A stretch of 63,665 nt of DNA, filler included, from Conidiobolus incongruus B7586 (taxonomy: Eukaryota): the NCBI GenBank assembly GCA_000697335.1. It is 12 parts of 12 records of this genome, joined end to end, with 100 filler letters (N's around TTAATTAATTAA, not from the genome) between each part and the next. Parts side by side here need not be neighbours in the genome. Positions count along the whole stretch, not along the records: positions 48,434 to 54,947 come from JNEM01005910.1; positions 55,048 to 59,696 come from JNEM01005914.1; positions 59,797 to 63,665 come from JNEM01005916.1; 9 more parts are not named here. One strand, given 5' to 3'. Below the pieces are notes generated by a model. The model was not told the DNA's origin, searched no databases, and saw nothing but the letters and a program-made list of their open reading frames with translations. This document shows, one piece after another, positions 52,993 through 63,665 of the stretch (positions within the stretch are counted from its first letter, which is position 1; each line of letters starts with the position of its first letter). Made by a program: the position numbers and the translations under genes.

Positions 52993-54210
52993 TTTATAGT
53001 TTATATCCTTTAAAATCCAGGATACTTGACGTAAGTAAAGTTGACTGTTTTTCATTAAAATTTGATATTTATTGGGAAAATAAATAATTATTGGGAAAAC
53101 TTGAAATAATTTATTCTATATTATATATTCAGGGTGTCTATAAACCTAATATATGTAGGTAGTAGAAAATATTCAAGTTTCTCAAACACATTAATTTTGA
53201 TCACAACAAAAAGGGAAAAAATATATTAGAATAAATTACTTATTATATTGATTAAAACAAAAAAATTTAATATACATGGTGTTACTAAATTAATCCAATT
53301 TAAATATTAAACAAATGACTCTAATTATGATAGAATAAATTTAATTATGCATAAAAATTTCATTCAAATTAAAATTTACAAAATGTTAACCCTCTAAGGA
53401 CGGGGGATCAGTCATGGGATAATAGTATCCCAAGATTTCAACCAATAAGGATCATTGATCTTGATAAATCATCCAATAGATCAAATGAAAATTATCATTT
53501 GGTTTTTGATAAAAGCTTTGGTATTATGCAAAATTAAAATAATTAACAATTATAGGTAAATATATATAAATAATTATTTTTAATATATATCAAAACATAT
53601 ATTCTATTAAATCAATTAATACAATTTATTAAAGGAACGATCGAATAGTGCTTTATTTCAATATATATACTAAAATCAGATATTTATAACCTTTTCATCA
53701 ATTTTAAATATTCATTGATTTAATTTATAATTCTGTTATATAAATTATAAATTATAATATATAAATAATTTAAGCAAATAAAGTCAATATATATAATATT
53801 TGATAATACCAAATAGATTAAATATATAACATTGTTTTAAAGAAACGAATTATAAAAAATATATAATATTATATAATTGAATATATTAAAACATTAGTTC
53901 AGTTATATTATGCTAAATTAGTTGATTTTAAAAATTTATATATATGGTTTTTTATTTCTATAAAGCAATAATTCAATAATTTAATTAATAAATTAAATAA
54001 CTCAAAAATAATTTTAAAAAAATAATTTTTTAAGTTATTTTTTTGCAAAATAGTATATATTTTGTGATATTCTGATTTATTATAATATTTTCAAAAAAAT
54101 AACTAGAAGTTCAAGTCAATAATTTAGAATTTATTAATCAAATTAATAATATCAATTTTATAATATAATATAATATTATTACTTTGAACTATAATTAATA
54201 TAAAGATATA

Positions 54211-54947
54211 TATACTAACTTATAAAAATGAGTCATAAAATCAAAAACACTTATATTCTTTCTAATAACTTAATTTATATTTAATAAAATAAACCTAAAT
54301 TAAATAATTAAAATTATATATATTTATTAATAATATAAATTATTAAATGATAATATTTAGTTATTAATTGGTTAAGATATCTATTTTTAAATTTTACCTA
54401 AGATAAATTATAAATTTATAAGTTTTTAATAATAAAAAAAATTAAAACTTAGTATATCTATCTTTAACTTTTCTAACTTTTTTAAGTTTATAGGGTATAA
54501 AATCAATTAACTTCTTATACTAAAAAAGGTTAATCTTGTTTTATGCTTCTTAAAAATATTTTTAAAATTAATTTCAATTTTTATATTAGGGGGAAAACTT
54601 TAATAACTTTTTTAACTAATTTAAAGGTATTTAATTAAGTTAAAATTAAAAAACTGAAAAAGATATTTTATAACTATTTTCTTGTTATTTTTAAGCTATT
54701 TAATAATAAAAATTATAATATAGCAAAAGATATTATATTATCAAATAATAATATTAGATTTATTTAACTTATATTATTCAATGGTTTTTTAATTTATTAT
54801 TTAAAATATTTTAATATATCTCAAAATTAATTTTTTTTATTTATTTTATAAAGATATTTTATATATAAAAACAATATATATTGTTAAATAATAATTAACC
54901 TACTATTATACTTTTGGGTTAAATTAACATAATAGTCATAAAATAAT
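54211..54947 (-). mobile_element. Tc1-like copy (3' half plus TIR), cut by gap
   Basis: Aligns directly with 749-1485. Begins TATACTAACTTATAAAAATGAGTCATAAAATC. Confidence 0.8.
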
Positions 54948-57900
54948 NNNNNNNNNNNNNNNNNNNNNNNNNNNNNNNNNNNNNNNNNNNNTTAATTAAT
55001 TAANNNNNNNNNNNNNNNNNNNNNNNNNNNNNNNNNNNNNNNNNNNNTTCCTATTTGTTTTATATATATTTTTCTATTTGAAACTAATAATATATCTGAA
55101 AAATCAGAAATTAAAAAATTTCCTATCTTTTTAATATTATAATTTATTTGAATAGAAATTTAAATACGCATGTTATTTCAATATTAATAAATTTTACTAA
55201 TTAAAGATAATATATAAATACTGATAGAAAAATATTAAAATAAGTTATAATATTATAACCTAAAATACTTATATATATTAATGTATTTTTGAATACGCTA
55301 TTCAATTAAGTTAAGTAGTCAAAGTATATTCTCGTTCTTTAAATTACTAAGTTAATTAAAATAATGAAATAAGTTGATATTTGAAATTAGTTTTCAATTA
55401 ATTCATTTTTAAATAATATTTCATATACAATGAAAATATCTCTATAAAGGTATAATATTCAGATAAATATCAAGCTCATTTTTCTCAGATAATAGCAAGT
55501 AATTATAATATTAAATCTTTTTATTGGAAATCTACTAATAGAAAATATATTTTAAAATTTATATATATTTAAGTAATTTTATATTTTTCTATTTAAATAG
55601 CTTTTATTCATTTATATTTAGATATCAAATATCTTTTATATTACTATTTATACAGAAAGCTCAAATATAACTATAAATAATATACTTTTATCCAATTTAA
55701 TAAACTTTAATATATAGTATCAAACAAGAAATTTGAAATTATATAACTTTATTCATAATCGTTATTTTTTAAATTATTTGATAATTTTATAATAATTTAA
55801 TTGGTGTTTTTAAATCATTTATTAGTATTAGATACTCTTGATAAATTAAAAAGATCAAATTATAATGAATCAAATATAATATTATAATAAATAATTATTA
55901 TTATAATAAAGCATATTTTTTTATTTAGTATACTTTTTATTAGTATTTATTTTATGAGGCTGGGTGTAATTAACAATAATTAAAGGGCTTTCTAGTAAAT
56001 AAAATAAATGCCATATTAATTCTTATATTATTTAATAAAAAATTTTCTTTTTATTAAATTGTGATTATTAACTATTTTGTTAATTTTGAATATGGTTGAA
56101 TTTTAAAATAAGAAAAAAAAAGTAATTTTTTATGTAATTTGCTTTAAAATCAAATTTCAGCTTTTAAATTCATTTGTAACAGATTTCAGGTAAATTAATT
56201 TTATAATATATGTACTCACTTTTATCAATTAAAATAGTTTATTAAAATAGCTCAATATTTGCTTTAATCTATTAAAAATTTGAGTTATAAAAGTTCTTAT
56301 ATTTAACTTAAAAATATTAAATCAATAAATTCTTAATCTATTTATAGTTAATATTATATTAATATTTTTTTATTTTTATATTAGAGTTGATAATGAATTA
56401 TAATTTAGTCAAATATTTATTATAAAAAGTGTTTTTTATATGTTTAAATTTTATTAATTTTTTAAAAAATATATGATTATCGTTATAATTTTTAGTTTTT
56501 TAATACTCAATATTATTATTATTATTATTTATTTATTATTATAGATTATATTAGTTTTATCCTTAAATAAATTACACTTATTTTTCTCACTTTAATGAGA
56601 TAAATTTTATTTATAAGTTATATATTACTATTAATAAAATCTTTTCATTTTTATTTATTTTAAAATCAAATATCTAAAAGTTTCTTTAAATAAAATTATT
56701 ATTTGAAGTTAACTTTGTCCTTATTTTTGAAATATAAAAAGTTAAATTAGATATTTATTTCATTCAATAATAATTATATTGCAAAACCAACTGAATGAAT
56801 TTAGTGATAGGAGATGCAAGAGGAACAGTTTTAATTATGTGCAAACTATCTATTAAGCTTTGAATTTGAACAAACCCTCATAGAAAAAAGTCTAACCAAA
56901 GCGGGTATTAACTAAGCAATTTAGAATGCAATTAATCTACTTACCTTGTTGGTATAGTACTTAATAATAGCAACGTTAATTCTTTGAATGGATATAGATT
57001 CAAATTAATATCATGAACTAATCCAAATGATTTGATAGTGATTAGGGGTTTTATTATGGTGTTGAAGGGTTTCAAAATTGATAATTAATCTGGACTTGAT
57101 TGTATTTATGAATAAACTTTTTTCATTATTGAAACAAGGTTCAATTTAAATTGATTTAAAATAATATATAATTTCAAAAATGGAATTATATGATCAATAT
57201 ATTATAATTTTATTAAATTTCATATTTTTAGAAAATAAATTAATTTTTAATATCACAGTTAAATATTTTATTAATCATAAGAATCTATACTTTATTGATT
57301 TTAAATTATTCTAATTAATATTTGAAAATCTTATTATTATTCCTTAAGAAATTATAATTCAAGATTAATAACTTTTTGAGTGTGATATTAATTTTTATGG
57401 ACAAATAGAATAACCTTACTCATATTAAACCTATGATTTAATCATTTCAATTTGTGTATATAAAATTCAATGTGTTGTGAATTTGAATAAACAATTAATT
57501 ATATAATTACTTAATTCACAATATAATATTTTATGTTAAATTACAATTAATGAAGTTTTTAAGTAATTTGTTTTTATGATATTTGAAAATATTTTATTAG
57601 CTATAAAGGATAATATATTCAGAGATTAATTATTCAAATTCCTTCAATAGAAAATATATGGTTTTAATTAAAATTCATCAAATTATACAATTTTACCCTT
57701 GTTTGTTAATATTTGTATTCTAAAGTCTTGGTATTAGTCAAAAAATATAATAACTAATACTTTATTGAGTGGATTGTTATTATGTGTTTATTCAATAGTA
57801 TTGTAATTCTGTCTAATATGAATCTAAACAAAGTCTATAATTTTAATTTAACCTTAGGAAATAGTGTTTATATCAAATGATATTATTATCATCAAGCTCT

Positions 57901-58209
57901 TATAATAAAATTATAAAAGAATACATTGAATGTTAGTTTTTAATAACTTGAATCAAAATACAAGGTCATATAAACTAGATAGATATAATATCTTTATCAC
58001 TCAATACCAAAATAACAATAGTTTTTAATTATTATTGGATAGTAATAAAACAATCCAAAATAAAATTTGAAATCTTTAATAACAATGAGAAAATTGGATA
58101 ATATATATTAATTCAAAAATATAATTCACTAAATCAAATAGTTAATCAATCTATAAATAATAACATTATTAATGAAATAAATTATAATTATCTTATATTA
58201 CTATTTTTA

Positions 58210-58623
58210 ATGATGGAAGTATTTATTTTTATTTCATTTCTCCTAATTCCAATAACTAGTTGGAAAATTGATATATACATCTATAGCTCCAAAACAATAT
58301 TCTTATTTCATTGAGCATTCTGAATCAGTTTCAAAAGTGACTCTGATGGTAAAACTGAATCATGGTGTGAGATATTAGATCCAAAATCTGTAAAATGTGA
58401 GAATTCTAAAGAATATAAATCTAGTCAGGGTGGGTATTTTATCAAAAATATAATATGCCAAGGCTAGTCTTATAGTGTTGATATAGAGATTGAGGGTAGG
58501 CAATACAAGTTATATATTGGATGTGATATAGATTTGGACCCAGAATTTTATGTTGCTTGGTATAATATGAAAGCTGATAGATGCTGGGGTACTAGGCACT
58601 TTATTATATGGTTGGATGACTGA
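58210..58623 (+). pseudogene. Pseudogene of a small secreted Cys-containing protein (137 codons, 3 in-frame stops)
   Basis: MMEVFIFISFLLIPITSWKIDIYIYSSKTIFLFH*AF*ISFKSDSDGKTESWCEILDPKSVKCENSKEYKSSQGGYFIKNIICQG*SYSVDIEIEGRQYKLYIGCD...DRCWGTRHFIIWLDD*. One frame throughout. Confidence 0.7.
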
Positions 58624-60073
58624 ATTGAATATACTCTTTAATTATTAAAAAACAATTATCAATTTTATATTCAAGAAAATTCACTGAAGCTACTTTATCA
58701 ATTATAACTTGATCAAATATTTTATATATTGTTAATTTTTCTTTAGTTTTAACCTTTTTAACATGATTTTATATTTAACTCAAAATCTATGAAATAAAAA
58801 TTTTAACTAATTATTTCTAAAATCCATATGATTTTGAATATTATGATAAAATAATTCAACTTTTCTAATAAAGATAATGAATTATAAGTAAGAAAGACAG
58901 GAATATATCAGTAGTGCTAGTTTTCTCCTTATTATGTTTAAGGTAATGTATTTTAAATTAATGTTACTAAACTGGATAACACCTTAAAAAGATGATTTTT
59001 TTTAAATTTTTAAGATTAAATAATAAATATCAATAATTAATTTATTGGTTATAATAAAAAAATTTTAAATTAATAAAATTGATTTATATCTCAGAATCAA
59101 ATAATAAAAACAGAGTATTTTAAATAATATTATTAATTAAATTCATTTATTAGTAATAAAATATGTTAGAATAATTGAATTGAAAAAATATATGATCAAT
59201 TATATTACTATTAATAATATTAATATTTTAAAAATTATGAAATTTAAATTAATAGAATTATTTTGATAAATTAAATATAATATTATTTTAATTTTTAATA
59301 AATATAGTTTAATAATTAAATTTTATAATTTTAAAATTATATTTTAACAAAATAATATGATATAAATTTTATATTGATTTACTAAAATCTATATTAAATT
59401 TATATTATTAATATTATATAATAAAATTATTAAATTAATAGGTTTTTTATAATATCTAATTTTATTTTATAAAAATCAATATAAACATTTGGATTTATGA
59501 TTAATATATATAATAAGTTGATAAATATTAATTTTTTGAAAAAATAAGCTAAAATGATTTTAAGCTTATTTATATCATATTTTTTATTAATAAATTTCCC
59601 TAATTATTATTAACTTTATTTATAATAATCATTATAAACCAAAAGTATTAATAAATCTTATATATATTATTTTAACTAATATTAATCTAATAAAAGNNNN
59701 NNNNNNNNNNNNNNNNNNNNNNNNNNNNNNNNNNNNNNNNTTAATTAATTAANNNNNNNNNNNNNNNNNNNNNNNNNNNNNNNNNNNNNNNNNNNNAAAA
59801 TTATTTTTAAATATATATCATATATTAGTGTTAAAAATAAAGATATTTTGTTTATAAGTTTTAATATTTTTTTATATAAAACAAAGGTAATTTATTTACC
59901 ATTAAATACAATTTTATATGATAAAAAATTGATTTTAATATATCAAAAGGAAAACTTATTTTAATTGATAGAAATATAAATTAATTTTAATATAGATTAT
60001 AATTTATTAATATAGTTTTAATTGGTTAAAAATATAAAGTTAATAATATTTAATTAATGATATTATAAATATA

Positions 60074-60624
60074 TTATTGCTTATTAGATAAATCTTCATG
60101 CTTAAAGAATTTTAAAATAGAGGCCTCATATTGAAATCGCATGAATCCTGATAATGGTTCCGATTTGAAGAATGCCGTAACTTGGGGAATTGTGGAAACC
60201 TAGTGTTATCTATAGTCAAAAGTATATATTAAAATATGATTAATTATATTTACTTGGTATTGATGAGTTTAAACTTTTGATAATTTACGATAGCTCTCTT
60301 CATTTGAAGATCTAATATTTTTCAAGGAAGACATCAACTAAATATAAATTAGAATATTTATCAATAATTAATATAAGAATTAATAAACTTAGCATGAATA
60401 TTGACAATAATATGGTTATCATCCTTTATTATTAAATTCTTCAACGCTGGTAACATCAGAAATTAATTCTTTTTCAGTTAAAGCAGCTCCAGTAGAGTAG
60501 TATTTGGGTACAAATCCAATTTATTGCAAAATTTAAATTTACAATATATTATTTTAGAATACCTCTATTAATAATAAAGCGAGTATTTCTGAATAAAAAA
60601 GTTGAATTTCAAATAGTTTGACAT
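60074..60624 (-). pseudogene. Thioredoxin pseudogene, possibly once mitochondrial
   Basis: Same intron positions as 61688-62294. The active site reads *CLP* (TGA TGT CTT CCT TGA). There is a frameshift in exon 2, a damaged acceptor and a deletion in exon 3. The last exon reads VSTIPQVTAFFKSEPLSGF. Confidence 0.8.
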
Positions 60625-60889
60625 ATCATTATTTTAATAAAAATTGTTATTTTTAAAAAATTAAAATTAAGAATATAATTTGTAAATTAATAATATTAAA
60701 AATTTAAGGTTAAAATTTTATTGAAAAATATTTAAAATGTAATTGAGTAGATGAAAATTATATATATATATATATATATAATATTCAAGGAAAAAATTCT
60801 AATAAAATTTTAGTTGATAAATTTATAAACTTTATTATTTCAGCCCATGACCAGAGAGTTAATTTGATAAATTAATCAATTAGCATAAT

Positions 60890-60963
60890 GCTTCCATGGC
60901 GCAATTGGCTAGCGCGTCCGACTGTTAATCGGGAGGTTGGTGGTTCAAGCCCACCTGGGAGCG
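60890..60963 (+). tRNA. tRNA-Asn (GTT), intronless
   Basis: Acceptor stem GCTTCCA/TGGGAGC, D arm GCGC..GCGC, anticodon loop CT-GTT-AA, T arm GGTGG-TTCAAGC-CCACC and a downstream T6 terminator. Confidence 0.97.
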
Positions 60964-61687
60964 TTTGGTTATATTTTTTCATTTCATTTTTATTCTCATA
61001 AATGTCTTCCTAATTTATACTCAATTTTCATTCTAGTTTCAAAATGCAATAATAATTTCAATTAATTTATAATTATATCAAATATATTTTTAACTAGTGC
61101 ATCAATTTTTTTACATAATTGATATTATTTAATAAAAATAAATCGAACAATAAATATTATTAATATAGATTTTTATTAATTGGAATATATATATTAGTTA
61201 TTGAAATCATAATTCTTTTGATAATAATAAAAATGATAACTTGATAAATGAATTTTTAACGATATAAGATATATTAAATAGGTCACAGTTGTGACAAAAA
61301 AATATGGTCTTTGTTTTGAAATTAAAACCCTTTAACCACTCTGTAACTTTTAAAATTGAGTTAAAATTCATCTCATTTTATTAAAATGAAATTCAAATCA
61401 TTCAGAGATGCTTGGTGATTTTAATAATTACCACCTATTTTTTCAGATTTTAATATATATATATATATATTAATCCATAAATATATATACAATATATTTA
61501 TATGTATTAAATCAAGTATTCATTACAATAAAATTTATTAAAATAATCAATAATTTTTATTTTTCGGAATTGGATAAAACTTTTTCAATTTAACAGAAAC
61601 TAAGTGAAATTTAGGAGTAAAAATGAAAGGCTTTTAAGTAACCAGTAAGATATAGATAGATAGACGTTATAAGATTATTACTTTGAA

Positions 61688-62294
61688 TTATCTTCTACTT
61701 TTTGATTCTACCATTTTGAAAAATTGTTCAATTTGTTTGGTAGATTTAAAACCAGTAAATCCAAGTATAGGTCTATATCTGTAAAATGCTGCCACCTGTG
61801 GAATACAACTAATCTAATCCTTAATATTAGCATTCATTTTAATATAGAGTGTATAATATATATTTTTATAATTACTTGATATTTATCACATAATTCTGGT
61901 AGATCATCAATATCAACTCTGATTGAATGAAAATTTTTAAAATTGAGAAGACTATTTTGGATTTGAGGTAATAATTGTTTGCATGGCTGACACCAACTAT
62001 TCAAAAATTATATATATATAAATAATAAAATCTCTTAAAATTAAATAAAATTACCTAGCTTCAAATAATACAATCACTGGAGTAGAAGTATTTAAAGCGT
62101 CTTTAAAATCCTCAATTGTATCAATTGAACAGAAAAACTCGTTTTTACAGTCTTTAGAAAACATTGAAAATGGTCCTGAATGGAATAAGTATAAGAAAAA
62201 GAATTAATAATCAAGTTAGCTTACTATAATTACAACTCGATGTATTTTCATTCATCAAATATTTACCTGTAGCTGACAGAACTTCAAGGATCAT
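61688..62294 (-). CDS. Thioredoxin, 4 exons (62294-62267, 62175-62055, 61996-61876, 61813-61688), ~131 aa; absent from the ORF track
   Basis: PVIVLFEAS-WCQPCK, RVDIDDLPELCDKYQ-ISCIPQVAAF. Exon lengths sum to 396 nt with consistent GT-AG phases. Confidence 0.9.
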
Positions 62295-63665
62295 AACTTT
62301 ATCAAACTTTATTAACTTTGATTTATATAGAATATATCAAAATTCTTTTAGAGCGGCTATTAATATGAATGATTTTATACTCAACTAAATCACTCATATT
62401 TTGAGATATTCAAATCATCTTGATTCATGTTTCAAATTATTCGATTAAATTGATAAATTTGACTCAAATTGAAATAATTCAAAATTACCATCTATTTGAA
62501 ATTAACTAAATTGAGTAACTATTAAAAATTAGGTTTAAATTAATTAAATTTAAATTTTTGACTCAATTTAATATTTTAGAAAAAAAATAATGTTTTTTTT
62601 TATAAAAACAATAAAATTTTAAATATTTTTTTAATTTTATATAATTTAAAAAATTTTAATTTTTTATCTTCTCTCCTTATATATTTATATGGATAATATA
62701 TTAAATTTTGATATTAATATAATGATATAAATTAGAATTGATCAATCAAATTTTAATTAAGTATTATAAAATATAAATTAAGGATATATTAGCAAAAATT
62801 AGAACTTTTTGCAAAGTTATTAAATTCAACACGATTAATTATTATTTATAATAATAATTTTTTTTATCAATAATATAGTTTATATTTTGAGATTAAATTC
62901 ATTATATTGAATATTGCCTATTATATATAAATAATATACTTTATAATTGTCTCATATTGATATTTTATCTTATATCTCAAAATCACTTGAAAATATATAT
63001 TAATAACTAAAAATGATCCAATTTTAAGAGATATATTATAATAATAAAGTTTTATTAAATGATTTATTAGTAAAAAATATAGTTATAATTTTATTATATA
63101 ATATGTTAAATAATAAATCAAAGTATTATATATATAATAATTATATAATATTTATGTCACAATCTATTTCTTAATAATCTATGTTTAATTTAATTCTGTA
63201 TTAATATAAAATAATAAGGCATTAATAATCAATTAGTTATTACTATTAATTAGCACATTTTAACTCTTAAGATAATAAAACCTTTAATTAATAATAAAGG
63301 TTTTATCTACTATCATAATTATTAAATACTATTATTAGATTTTATTATAAATATCCTAATTTACTTAAAGTAATATCTTTGAGTCAAATATCTTTTATAT
63401 AAGACAATAAAATTAATATTATTAAGATAAATATATTATTAATATAAAGTATTTAAATTAAATATAGATTTATTAAAAAAAATAATATAAAGCTGAATTA
63501 TATTATTTTTACCTAGGACAACTTTTATAGAAGATTAGATAATTATTAAAATCTTGTCCTTATATTATATATCATATATAATAATTACTTTGATTATAAT
63601 TATAAAAAAATTCTTAGGTCTTATAATTAAATCAAAAATATATTTTATATATAAAATTCTCTTTT

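Noticed and set aside
56780..57110. Slightly GC-raised segment with a GTAAGT donor on the minus strand
   Set aside because: The frames are interrupted and unidentifiable, so support is too weak.
60322..60336. CxxU selenoprotein or TGA recoding in the thioredoxin paralogue
   Set aside because: The conserved Trp is also TGA, and the locus has a frameshift, a broken acceptor and a deletion. TGA serves as a normal stop in other genes here.

Overview
This is very AT-rich, intron-containing fungal-type nuclear DNA from a draft scaffold. It has 11 artificial 100-nt gap spacers (N44-TTAATTAATTAA-N44). The gene content (INTS9, WW-MyTH4-RhoGAP, a class-A-like GPCR, a small CYP expansion) points to an early-diverging fungus, plausibly an entomophthoralean such as Conidiobolus; this is inference. 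Gene islands carry an intact cytochrome P450 with a tandem pseudogene, a mitochondrial ACSF3-like acyl-CoA synthetase divergent from an Integrator subunit 9 homologue, an ARHGAP39-like RhoGAP and a U3 snoRNA. They also carry ADE6/PurL (5' part), ETF-alpha, a secreted S/Q/P-rich protein, a 7TM receptor, a dead small secreted-protein gene, a thioredoxin with its pseudogene, and tRNA-Asn(GTT). The islands are separated by extremely AT-rich blocks of decayed DD34D mariner, IR/DR-type Tc1 and Ty3/gypsy elements. The main signal is that repeat copies differ almost only by C->T / G->A transitions, concentrated at CpA/TpG. This looks like a RIP-like repeat-mutation system in a lineage where RIP is not established.
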